From positions 47,758 through 111,757 of the forward strand of contig CAZUAT010000002.1 of NCBI GenBank assembly GCA_964618415.1: a DNA stretch of 64,000 nucleotides, given 5' to 3'. Below are positions 49,589-57,783 of this stretch, one piece after another (positions within the stretch are counted from its first letter, which is position 1; every line of letters starts with the position of its first letter). The notes below the pieces were generated by a model. That model made no database searches, had not been told where the DNA came from, and saw nothing but the letters and a program-made list of their open reading frames with translations. Made by a program: the position numbers and the translations under genes. Origin of the DNA: an uncultured Thermoanaerobaculia bacterium. Its GTDB lineage: Bacteria; Acidobacteriota; Thermoanaerobaculia; Multivoradales; JAGPDF01.

Positions 49589-51043
49589 ATGGTCCCGCCG
49601 CCGGATTCCCGCGCCCCCGCCCCGCAGCTGCGCCTCTACAACACCCTGGGGCGGCGCCTCGAGGCTGTCGAGCCGCTCGAGCCCGGGCTGCTGCGCATCT
49701 ACACCTGCGGTCCGACGGTCTACAACCACGTCCATATCGGCAACCTGCGGACCTTCCTGTTCGAAGACCTGCTCAAGCGGGCCCTGCGGCTGCTCGGGTT
49801 CCGGGTGATGCACGTGATGAACTTGACCGACGTCGACGACAAGACGATTCGCGGCGCGCGCGAGCGCGGCGTCGAACTCGACGAGTTCACGGCGCCGTAC
49901 ATCGAGTCGTTCTTCGCGGATCTCGAGCGCCTGGCGGTCGACCCGGCCGACGTCTACCCGCGGGCCACGCGTCACATCCCGGAGATGATCGCGATGATCT
50001 CCGCCCTGCTCGAGCGCGGCGTGGCCTACCAGGCCGACGGCTCGGTCTGGTTCCGCATCGCCGCCGATCCCGACTACGGCAAGCTGTCGGGCATCCGGGC
50101 GGAAGAGGTTCGCCAGGGCTCCCGGGTCGCGCAGGACGAGTACGAGAAGGAGGACGTGCGCGATTTCGTGCTCTGGAAGGGGGCCAAGGAGGGCGAGCCG
50201 AGCTGGGATTCGCCCTGGGGACCGGGCCGCCCGGGGTGGCACATCGAGTGCTCGGCGATGAGCGCGCGCTACCTCGGGGAAACGTTCGACATCCACTGCG
50301 GCGGAGTGGACAACCTGTTCCCGCACCACGAGAACGAGATCGCACAGAGCGAGTCGGCGAACGGTCGTCCGTTCGTGCGCACCTGGCTGCATGCCGAGCA
50401 CCTGATCGTCGACGGTCAGAAGATGTCGAAGTCGCTCGGCAACCAGTACACGCTGGGCGATCTGCTCGCGCGAGGACTCTCGCCGCGGGCCATCCGCTAC
50501 GCCTTGATCTCCGTCCACTACCGGCAGAAGCTCAACTTCACGCTCGAGGGCGTGCGCGCCGGCGCGGCGGCCCTGCGGCGGGTCGACGAGATGCGCTTCC
50601 GCCTCGCGCACGCGGCACCGTCGGCCCAGGCGGACCCGACGGCGGGCCAGTGGCTCAACAGCCGGCTGGACGCGTTTCGGAGCGAGTTCGCGGCGGCGCT
50701 CGCTGACGACCTCAACGTGTCGGCCGCTCTCGCAGCACTCTACGAGCTGGTGCGCGAGCTCAACATCGCGATCGAACAGCGGCGCGTCGGCGCCGGCGAT
50801 CTGGACAGCGTCGAGGCGGCGCTGCGCCAGGCCGACTCGGTGCTCGGAGTCCTTTTCAGCGAGGACGGCGGCAGTCAGGACTCCGAGACCGCCGAGATCG
50901 AGGCGATCCTGACGCGGCGAGCAGAGGCGCGGGCGCGGCGCGACTTCGCCGAATCCGACCGGCTGCGCGACGAGCTGCTATCGCGCGGCATCGTCATCGA
51001 GGACACGCCGCACGGCGCGCGCTGGAAGCGGCGGACCGACTGA
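49589..51043 (+). CDS. cysS: Cysteinyl-tRNA synthetase
   Basis: The HIGH-class motif reads TVYNHVHIGN. The KMSKS motif is literally KMSKSLGN. Zn-binding Cys-containing motifs are present. Confidence 0.95.
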   Translation: MVPPPDSRAPAPQLRLYNTLGRRLEAVEPLEPGLLRIYTCGPTVYNHVHIGNLRTFLFEDLLKRALRLLGFRVMHVMNLTDVDDKTIRGARERGVELDEFTAPYIESFFADLERLAVDPADVYPRATRHIPEMIAMISALLERGVAYQADGSVWFRIAADPDYGKLSGIRAEEVRQGSRVAQDEYEKEDVRDFVLWKGAKEGEPSWDSPWGPGRPGWHIECSAMSARYLGETFDIHCGGVDNLFPHHENEIAQSESANGRPFVRTWLHAEHLIVDGQKMSKSLGNQYTLGDLLARGLSPRAIRYALISVHYRQKLNFTLEGVRAGAAALRRVDEMRFRLAHAAPSAQADPTAGQWLNSRLDAFRSEFAAALADDLNVSAALAALYELVRELNIAIEQRRVGAGDLDSVEAALRQADSVLGVLFSEDGGSQDSETAEIEAILTRRAEARARRDFAESDRLRDELLSRGIVIEDTPHGARWKRRTD

Positions 51044-51077
51044 GAGTCCGGCGGGCGGAGCGCAGGGTGCGAGAGCG

Positions 51078-51473
51078 GTGACCGACAGGCGGCTGCCCGA
51101 CTTCGGGGATCTGCCGCACTCCCGGGCGCGCGGCGCAGCGGCGGAGGAGGCGGCCGAGCGCTACCTGGTCGCGCACGGCTACCGGATCGTCGAACGCAAC
51201 CTGGTGACCCGGGTCGGCGAGATCGACCTGATCGCGCTCGACGGCGACACCCTCTGCTTCATCGAGGTCAAGGCGCGGGCGAGCGACGAGTTCGGGCCGG
51301 CGATCGGCGCGGTCCGGCGCCGCAAGCAGGAGAAGATCGCCCGTGCCGCGGCGATGTTCCTCGCCCGCAACCGCTCCCAGCGCCCGTGCCGGTTCGACGT
51401 GGTCGGCCTCGATCGCCAGGCGGACGGCAGTTGGGCGGTCACCCTGGTGCGGGACGCGTTCCGGCTCGGGTGA
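51078..51473 (+). CDS. yraN: YraN-family (UPF0102) endonuclease-fold protein
   Basis: The motifs are GYRIVERNLVTRVGEIDLIALDGDTLCFIEVKAR, followed by RFDVVGL. Its length of 131 aa is typical. Confidence 0.8.
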   Translation: MTDRRLPDFGDLPHSRARGAAAEEAAERYLVAHGYRIVERNLVTRVGEIDLIALDGDTLCFIEVKARASDEFGPAIGAVRRRKQEKIARAAAMFLARNRSQRPCRFDVVGLDRQADGSWAVTLVRDAFRLG

Positions 51474-51498
51474 GCCGGACGGCGCGGTGGCGCTCGCC

Positions 51499-51528
51499 TT
51501 GACACCTGTGCCGGCGGTTGGATATCTT
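51499..51528 (+). promoter_or_regulatory. Sigma70-type promoter for the tRNA Gly-Cys-Leu cluster
   Basis: A consensus -35 TTGACA at 51499-51504 is separated by an 18-nt spacer from the -10 TATCTT at 51523-51528. The tRNA-Gly starts 13 nt downstream. Confidence 0.45.
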
Positions 51529-51540
51529 GCCGCGGCCCGG

Positions 51541-51615
51541 GCGGGAATAGCTCAGTGGTAGAGCACAACCTTGCCAAGGTTGGGGTCGCGGGTTCAAGTC
51601 CCGTTTCCCGCTCCA
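51541..51615 (+). tRNA. tRNA-Gly (anticodon GCC)
   Basis: It is 75 nt long. The cloverleaf is GCGGGAA / D-arm GCTC-AGTGGTA-GAGC / anticodon loop TTGCCAA / T-arm GCGGG-TTCAAGT-CCCGT / TTCCCGC-T-CCA. Confidence 0.9.
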
Positions 51616-51628
51616 GTTTTCGATCCTG

Positions 51629-51668
51629 CCGGGGGTCGTTCGAGCGATCGGACGGCCCCCGTTTTCGT
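51629..51668 (+). terminator. Hairpin plus T-tract between tRNA-Gly and tRNA-Cys, a terminator-like or processing structure
   Basis: CCGGGGGTCG...CGACGGCCCCCG forms an imperfect stem and is followed by TTTTCG. Confidence 0.3.
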
Positions 51669-51708
51669 AGGGCCGGGTCGATGCGGCCCGGTCAGGATGC
51701 CTCCCCGG

Positions 51709-51783
51709 GGCGACGTAGCCAAGTGGTAAGGCAAGGGTCTGCAAAACCCTCATTCGCCGGTTCGATTCCGGCCGTCGCCTCCA
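51709..51783 (+). tRNA. tRNA-Cys (anticodon GCA)
   Basis: It is 75 nt long. The acceptor stem pairs GGCGACG with CGTCGCC. The anticodon stem pairs AGGGT with ACCCT, with loop CTGCAAA. The T-arm reads GCCGG-TTCGATT-CCGGC. The discriminator is U, followed by CCA. Confidence 0.85.
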
Positions 51784-51800
51784 GCCTTTCCCTCCCTCCC

Positions 51801-51886
51801 GCCGGAGTGGCGAAATGGCAGCCGCAGGAGGCTTAAACCCTCCGGCCCGCAAGGGCGTGCAGGTTCGAATCCTGCCTCCGGCACCA
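51801..51886 (+). tRNA. tRNA-Leu (anticodon UAA), type II with a long variable arm
   Basis: It is 86 nt long. The acceptor stem pairs GCCGGAG with CTCCGGC. The anticodon stem pairs GGAGG with CCTCC, with loop CTTAAAC. The variable arm is GGCCCGCAAGGGCGT. The T-arm reads GCAGG-TTCGAAT-CCTGC. The CCA end is encoded. Confidence 0.85.
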
Positions 51887-51906
51887 GGCCCGGCCAAAAC
51901 CGAAGA

Positions 51907-52150
51907 CGCATAAGCAGAAGCAAGAGCACAAGCGAGAGCAAAAGCTCATAGAGGGAAAAAAGACCGGGGCGCGGCGGCTGGTGGCCAGGGCGGATCAGCC
52001 TGGGCGCTCGGGCGCTGGGGGTTCCGGGCCCTGGGGGTCGGGGGTGCTTGGGAAGCCCGCTGCGGCGGAGGCACGGGCGCCTCGCCGGCCACCCCCCGCT
52101 GTCTTTCCTTAACTGGAAGCTTTTGCCTTTGCTTTTGTCGTTGCTTGTGG
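51907..52150. repeat. Low-GC purine-rich imperfect inverted repeats, AAGCA/GAGCA-type simple sequence, flanking a ~140-bp GC-rich core between tRNA-Leu and dnaB
   Basis: The left arm is AAGCAGAAGCAAGAGCACAAGCGAGAGCAAAAGCTCATAGAGGGAAAAAAGAC (51911-51955). The right arm is its approximate reverse complement, CTGTCTTTCCTTAACTGGAAGCTTTTGCCTTTGCTTTTGTCGTTGCTTGTGG (52095-52146). A related motif CTCTAGAAGGGAAAGACAAAGAGCC recurs at 59148-59190. Confidence 0.3.
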
Positions 52151-52210
52151 TCTGGGTTGGCGCCCGCTGGCGGCGGCTCGGGTGGTGCCGAGACGCACTA
52201 AGATGGAGCG

Positions 52211-53563
52211 ATGCTGGACGTCCTGACCCCGGTCCAGGGGATTCCGCAAAGCGAGGAGTCCGAACGGGCGGTGCTCGCCGCCGTGATGCTCGACCCTCGT
52301 CTGCTCGCCGCGGTGGCCGGCCGGGTGCGGGCGGAGGACTTTTTCAGCGAACGGCATCGCGCCATCTACGCGGCGATGATCGATCTGCAGGAGGACGGCT
52401 CTCCGATCGACCTGCGGACCGTGCAGGCGCGCCTGGAGCAGCGCGCCCAGCTCGAGATGGTGGGCGGCCTGTCCTACCTGTCGGGCCTGGAACTCGATCT
52501 GCCCGAACTCGGGCGGTTCGACGATTACGTGGAGATCGTCAAGGAGCGCTCGGTGCGCCGGCGCCTGATCGACGTCTGCCGCGAGGTCACTCGCGACTGC
52601 CTCGATGGTGGCCTCGACGCGGCCGCGGCGCTGGGCCGCGCGGAGCAGGCGGTGTTCGCGCTCGGCGAGGAGGCCATCCGGCGCGGCTTCGTGCCGCTCT
52701 CCCGCGTGCTGGAAGAGACGCTCGAAATGCTGGAGGACAGCCCCGGCAAGGGCCTGACCGGCATTTCCTCCGGGTTCCTCGACCTCGATGCCAAGAGTCA
52801 CGGTCTCGGCCGCGGCGCCCTGATCATCGTCGCCGGGCGACCGGGTATGGGCAAGACCACGTTCGCGATGAACGTGGCGCAGCACGTTGCCATCCGCGAG
52901 CAGAAGACGGTCGGCGTCTTCTCGCTGGAGATGGGGCAGCAGGAGCTGGCGCTGCGCATCCTCGCCGCCGAGTCCCAGGTGCGATTCAGCAAGCTGCGCT
53001 CCGGGCTCTACTCGCAGAGCGAGGCGATCGACCTGATGGACACGATGAAGACGATCAGCCGGTCGCCGCTCTACATCGACGACTCGGCCTCGCCGGGCAT
53101 TCTCGAGGTCGCCTCGAAGGCGCGCCGGCTGAAGGCGGAGAAAGACCTCTCCCTGCTGGTGATCGACTACCTCCAGCTGATGCAGGCGGGAGGTCGCTAC
53201 GAGAACCGGAACCTCGAGATCTCGGCGATCACGCGGGCTTTCAAGCAGCTGGCCAAGGAGCTCGACATTCCGGTCATCCTGCTCTCCCAGCTGTCCCGCC
53301 AGCCCGAGCGGCGCGGGGGCGACCACCGCCCGCAGCTCGCCGACCTGCGCGAGTCGGGCGCCATCGAACAGGACGCCGACATGGTGCTGTTCGTCTATCG
53401 CGACATCGTCTACAACCCGGAGGCCGAGGAGCGGGCGGCCGAGCTGATCATCGCCAAGAACCGCAACGGCGAGACCGGCAGCGTCGACCTGGTGTTCATC
53501 GGCGAGAAGTCGCAGTTTCTCTCGCGTGCTGCACCGGGGCACCACGAGGCACCGTTTGCCTGA
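52211..53563 (+). CDS. dnaB: Replicative DNA helicase DnaB
   Basis: It has the N-terminal DnaB domain (SEESERAVLAAVMLDP), Walker A AGRPGMGKTTFAMN, Walker B LLVIDYLQLM and an arginine finger region. Confidence 0.95.
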   Translation: MLDVLTPVQGIPQSEESERAVLAAVMLDPRLLAAVAGRVRAEDFFSERHRAIYAAMIDLQEDGSPIDLRTVQARLEQRAQLEMVGGLSYLSGLELDLPELGRFDDYVEIVKERSVRRRLIDVCREVTRDCLDGGLDAAAALGRAEQAVFALGEEAIRRGFVPLSRVLEETLEMLEDSPGKGLTGISSGFLDLDAKSHGLGRGALIIVAGRPGMGKTTFAMNVAQHVAIREQKTVGVFSLEMGQQELALRILAAESQVRFSKLRSGLYSQSEAIDLMDTMKTISRSPLYIDDSASPGILEVASKARRLKAEKDLSLLVIDYLQLMQAGGRYENRNLEISAITRAFKQLAKELDIPVILLSQLSRQPERRGGDHRPQLADLRESGAIEQDADMVLFVYRDIVYNPEAEERAAELIIAKNRNGETGSVDLVFIGEKSQFLSRAAPGHHEAPFA

Positions 53564-54731
53564 TTCGCAGTCGGGAGCGCAGCCCCGGCGCGCCCGGGTC
53601 GAGATCGATCTCGCAGCCCTGGAGCGCAACTTCCGGCGCCTCGAGCAGCGGGTCGCGCCGGCGCGCGTCCTGCCGGTCGTCAAGGCGGACGCCTACGGGC
53701 ACGGCGCCGTCGAAGTGGCCCGCCGGCTCGGGCCGCTGACGCGATCCGGGGTGGCCGTGGCGCTGGTCGAGGAGGGGATCGAGCTGCGGCGGGCAGGGAT
53801 CGAGGCGCCGGTGCTCGTGCTTTCGCCGACCCCGCGCGGGGCCGAAGGGGCACTGCTCGAGTTCGACCTGACGCCGACCATCTCGGGACTCGATCAGCTC
53901 GAGCGGATCGAAACAGTCGGCGCGGCGGCCGGCCGACGGATCGCCGCCCATCTCAAGTTCGACACCGGCATGACCCGGCTCGGCCTGGACCCGGAAGCGG
54001 CGGCCGAGTTGGTCACACGGGTGCAGCGTTCACCGGGACTGGGCTTGGCGGGACTGATGTCGCATCTGGCCGAGGCGGAGGACGCGGCGAGCCTCGCCAA
54101 TGCGACGCAGCTCGAGCGGTTCCGGGCGCTGCTGGCGGCAGCCGGGCCGGCCGCAACCGACTGTTCCATTCACCTCGCCAACAGCGCCGGCGGGTTGCAG
54201 CTGCCGGCGACGCGTTTCGATCTGGTGCGCTCCGGGCTGGCGCTCTACGGCATCGGGCCTGCCGGCTGCGATGTCGAGCTCGAGCCGGTGATGGCGGTTC
54301 GCGCCGAGCTGGTGCTGGTGCGCGACGTGGCGGCCGGAACGCGGGCCGGCTACGGCGGACGCTGGACCGCGGAGCGCGCGACGCGAGTCGGGCTGGTTCC
54401 GGTCGGCTACGCGGACGGCTACCCGTGGCGCGCGGGAGCGACTGCCGAGGGCCTGCTCGCCGGGCGGCGGGTCCGCCACGCCGGGGCGATCAGCATGGAC
54501 TTGATGCTGTTCGACCTCGGCTCCGAGGGTGGCGAGGTCGGAGAGACGGTCACGCTGCTCGGACGCGACGGCGATGCATCGATTTCGGCGCTCGAGATCG
54601 CGGAACGCGCCGGCACACTGGTCTACGAGCTGCTCTGTCATTTCGGCCTGCGGCTGCCGCGCCGCACGGTCGAGAGCGCGGCGCCGGCGGAGCGGATCGA
54701 CGCGGGGCGCGCGGCCGGAGTCGAAGCGTGA
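53526..54731 (+). CDS. alr: Alanine racemase
   Basis: The PLP-binding motif is VVKADAYGHGAV (Lys). The C-terminal beta-domain is present. The start is uncertain between the GTG at 53526 and the TTG at 53556. The dnaB-alr adjacency matches the order in E. coli. Confidence 0.85.
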   Translation: MLHRGTTRHRLPDSQSGAQPRRARVEIDLAALERNFRRLEQRVAPARVLPVVKADAYGHGAVEVARRLGPLTRSGVAVALVEEGIELRRAGIEAPVLVLSPTPRGAEGALLEFDLTPTISGLDQLERIETVGAAAGRRIAAHLKFDTGMTRLGLDPEAAAELVTRVQRSPGLGLAGLMSHLAEAEDAASLANATQLERFRALLAAAGPAATDCSIHLANSAGGLQLPATRFDLVRSGLALYGIGPAGCDVELEPVMAVRAELVLVRDVAAGTRAGYGGRWTAERATRVGLVPVGYADGYPWRAGATAEGLLAGRRVRHAGAISMDLMLFDLGSEGGEVGETVTLLGRDGDASISALEIAERAGTLVYELLCHFGLRLPRRTVESAAPAERIDAGRAAGVEA

Positions 54732-55483
54732 AGCTGCCGGCGCCCGTCGACGGGTTCCTGACCGAGGTCGGGCGGTTCTTCGAGATCCTCGGCCGGGTGT
54801 TGATCTGGACGCCGCGCCCGCCGTACGACCTGCGCCAGCTGGTCCGCCAGATGGTCCGTGTCGGCGTCGACTCGCTGCCGGTCGTGCTGCTGACCGCTCT
54901 GTTCACCGGCATGGTGATGGCACTGCAGACCTTCTCGACGCTCAAGCGGGTCAACGCCGAGGGGTTCGTGGGCACGCTGGTGGCGCTGTCGATGGTGCGC
55001 GAGCTGGCTCCGGTGATCTCGTCGCTGCTCATCGCCGGGCGGTGCGGGTCGGCGATGGGGGCCGAACTGGGCACGATGCGGGTCACCGAGCAGATCGACG
55101 CGCTCGAGGTGCTCGCCACCGATCCGGTCCACTACTTGATGGTGCCGCGGGTCTGGGCCACGGTGCTGATGCTGCCGCTGCTGATCGTCGTCGCGGACGC
55201 GGTCGGTATCGCGGGCGGCTACCTGATCTCGGTCCTCTACTTCGGCTCCAACCCGGTGACCTACATGGAGAACACCTTCCGCTTCATGGACACCGCCGAC
55301 GTCACCTCGGGCTTGGTCAAGGCGGCGGTGTTCGGCCTGATCGTCGCGGTGGTCGGCTGTCAGAAGGGCTTCTACACCCGCGGCGGCGCCGAGGGAGTGG
55401 GGCGGGCGACCACCCGCGCCGTCGTGCTGGCGTCCATCACGATGCTGATCTCGGACTTCTTTCTCACCAAGATCCTCTACTGA
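54728..55483 (+). CDS. mlaE: Phospholipid ABC transporter permease MlaE
   Basis: It has 5-6 TM helices. The MlaE-family motifs are GVDSLPVVLLTALFTGMVMALQ, then MVRELAPVISSLLIAGRCGSAMGAELGTMRVTEQIDAL. Confidence 0.85.
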   Translation: MKLPAPVDGFLTEVGRFFEILGRVLIWTPRPPYDLRQLVRQMVRVGVDSLPVVLLTALFTGMVMALQTFSTLKRVNAEGFVGTLVALSMVRELAPVISSLLIAGRCGSAMGAELGTMRVTEQIDALEVLATDPVHYLMVPRVWATVLMLPLLIVVADAVGIAGGYLISVLYFGSNPVTYMENTFRFMDTADVTSGLVKAAVFGLIVAVVGCQKGFYTRGGAEGVGRATTRAVVLASITMLISDFFLTKILY

Positions 55484-56262
55484 TGCCCGCCTCCGCTCCA
55501 ATCGCTGCCATCACCGCGAAGATCCGCCTCAGCGAGGTGCGCAAGGCGTTCGACTCCAAGGTCGTCCTCGACGGGCTCGATCTCGAGGTGCCGGAAGGCG
55601 AGTCGATGGTGATCCTGGGCGGTTCGGGCTCGGGCAAGAGCGTGCTGCTCAAGCACATGGTCGGCTTGCTGCGGCCCGACTCGGGACGCGTCGAGGTGGA
55701 CGGCGTCGATCTCGCCACGCTGCGCGGGCGCGAGCTCACCGGCTTCCGCCGGCGCTTCGGGATGTCGTTCCAGGAGGGCGCGCTGTTCGATTCGATGACC
55801 GTGCGCGAGAACGTCGCATTCCCGCTGCAGCGCGCCAAGTGGCCGGCGGACCGCATTGCCGAGCGGGTCGCAGCCTGCATGGAGATGGTCCACCTGGTCG
55901 GGGCCGAGGAGAAGATGCCGGCGCAGCTTTCCGGCGGAATGCGGCGCCGGGTCGGATTCGCGCGGGCCATCGCGCTGGAGCCGCAGATCCTGCTGTTCGA
56001 CGAGCCGACGACCGGTCTCGACCCGGTCATCAAGGCGGTGATCGACGACCTGATCCTGGAACTGCAGGAGAAGCTCGCCTCGACCGCGGTGACCATCACT
56101 CACGATCTCGGCAGCGCCTGGAAGATCGCGGACCGCATCGCCATGCTGCACCGCGGCCGGATCATCGCCTGCGCGCCGCCGGACGAGTTCCGGCGCCTCG
56201 AGGATCCACGCGTGCAGCAGTTCATCCGCGGGCTGGCGACCGGTCCGCTGACCGAATCCTGA
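55483..56262 (+). CDS. mlaF: Phospholipid ABC transporter ATP-binding protein MlaF
   Basis: It has Walker A GGSGSGKS, the signature LSGGMRRRVGFARA and Walker B LLFDEPTTGLD. Confidence 0.85.
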   Translation: MPASAPIAAITAKIRLSEVRKAFDSKVVLDGLDLEVPEGESMVILGGSGSGKSVLLKHMVGLLRPDSGRVEVDGVDLATLRGRELTGFRRRFGMSFQEGALFDSMTVRENVAFPLQRAKWPADRIAERVAACMEMVHLVGAEEKMPAQLSGGMRRRVGFARAIALEPQILLFDEPTTGLDPVIKAVIDDLILELQEKLASTAVTITHDLGSAWKIADRIAMLHRGRIIACAPPDEFRRLEDPRVQQFIRGLATGPLTES

Positions 56263-56280
56263 AGGGCGGGAGGCTCGACG

Positions 56281-57765
56281 ATGTCGCAGACGGTGAAGGT
56301 CGGAATCTTCATGACCGTGGCGCTGGTGCTGCTGGGATGGTTGATCCTGCGCATCGAAGACTGGTCACCGTTCGCGGCACCGGGCAAGCGCGTCGATGCG
56401 GTCTTCGACTCGGTGGTCGGTCTCGACGACAAGGCGGCGGTCCGTGTGGCCGGGGTGCGGGTCGGGCGGGTCGACGGCATCCGGCTCGACGCCGACGGCC
56501 GTCGGGCGCGGATCACGTTGCTGCTCGATGCCGGCGTCACGCTGACCCAAGGAGCGGAGGCGACGATCTCCAATCAGGGCCTGCTGGGCGACAAGTTCGT
56601 CGAGCTGGTGCCTGGAGCGCCCGGGCTGCCGGAGCTCGCCGAGGGTGCCGTCCTGCCCGGGCGCACGCCGGTGAGCTTCGATCAGGCGATGGCCAAACTG
56701 GAGAAGATCGGCGACTCGATCGAAGGCTTCTTGTCGGGTGAAGGGGGCGAGGGCGGCAGCGCGGGCGGCGGTTTCGGAGTGCTGATCGACAGCATCCGGG
56801 CGACCTCGGACGAGCTGCGCGGTCTGATCGTCGAGAATCGCGCCAGCGCCGGCGCCACGATGCGTAACTTCGAGCGCTTCAGCGCGACCCTCGCCGACGA
56901 GCTGCCGCGGCTGACTGCCCGCATCGAGCAGGTCCTCGGGCAGGTCGATGGGGTGATCACCGAGAACCGAGGCGAGCTGCGCTCGTCGATGGCCAACATC
57001 AGCGAGGTGACCGACCGCATCCGGACCTCGGTCGACAATCTCAACGAGATCACCACCAAGATCGCCTCCGGCGAGGGCACGATCGGCAAGCTGGTCAACA
57101 GCGACGAGGCGCACGACGAACTGATGTCGGCGCTCGGCAGTGTCGAGAAGGGGGTCACGGCGCTGGGCGATACGCTCGGCCGGGTCCAGAAGCTGCGCCT
57201 CGACGTCGCCATGGAGAGCGCCTGGCTGACCGAGCCCGAGGAGGCGCGCAGCCGGGTGCGCCTCGACATCCTGCCGCAGGGCAGCGAGAGTGCGCGCTTC
57301 TACCGCGTCGATGTGGTGAGCGATCCGACCGGACGGCTCACTCAGCGGTTCGACACGATCACGACCACGCTGCCGGACGGCAGCACCGAGATCACGACGA
57401 TCGAACGGCTGCGGCGCGAGCAGAAGCGGGCGGAGTTCTCGGCCCTGGTCGGGTTCCCGTTCGCGGAGCGGCGCGGCCGCTTCTGGGCCGGCCTGGTCGA
57501 GAACAGCGGCGGCGCGGAGGTCGACTACGCGCTGGTGCCCGAGAAGCTCTGGCTGTCGCTCACCGCCTACGACTTCTCGCGCGAGTTCGATCTCGATCCG
57601 CACGTGCGCCTGACCGCCGAGTGGCGACCGTGGGAGAACGTCTACGTCACCGGCGGCTGGGACGACCTGCTGGTGGGCGAGAACGACTCGCCGTTCCTCG
57701 GTGCCGGTCTGCGCTGGACCGACGACGACCTCAAGTATCTCGCCGGCTCGATGCCGAAGTTCTGA
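56281..57765 (+). CDS. mlaD: MCE-domain protein, MlaD-like with a long C-terminal extension (494 aa)
   Basis: It has an N-terminal TM helix followed by an MCE domain (VVGLDDKAAVRVAGVRVGRVDGIRL). About 350 aa of helical or beta-rich sequence follow the MCE domain. Confidence 0.8.
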   Translation: MSQTVKVGIFMTVALVLLGWLILRIEDWSPFAAPGKRVDAVFDSVVGLDDKAAVRVAGVRVGRVDGIRLDADGRRARITLLLDAGVTLTQGAEATISNQGLLGDKFVELVPGAPGLPELAEGAVLPGRTPVSFDQAMAKLEKIGDSIEGFLSGEGGEGGSAGGGFGVLIDSIRATSDELRGLIVENRASAGATMRNFERFSATLADELPRLTARIEQVLGQVDGVITENRGELRSSMANISEVTDRIRTSVDNLNEITTKIASGEGTIGKLVNSDEAHDELMSALGSVEKGVTALGDTLGRVQKLRLDVAMESAWLTEPEEARSRVRLDILPQGSESARFYRVDVVSDPTGRLTQRFDTITTTLPDGSTEITTIERLRREQKRAEFSALVGFPFAERRGRFWAGLVENSGGAEVDYALVPEKLWLSLTAYDFSREFDLDPHVRLTAEWRPWENVYVTGGWDDLLVGENDSPFLGAGLRWTDDDLKYLAGSMPKF

Positions 57766-57783
57766 GCGCGGCGGCGGACGAGG

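Noticed and set aside
48114-50611. 299-aa and 596-aa minus ORFs and the 439-aa plus ORF 48263..49582
   Set aside because: They lie antisense or off-frame to the cNMP-binding gene, def and cysS. The 439-aa ORF is an upstream extension of def in a frame overlapping the cNMP gene.
52109-53683. 524-aa minus ORF
   Set aside because: It lies antisense to dnaB.
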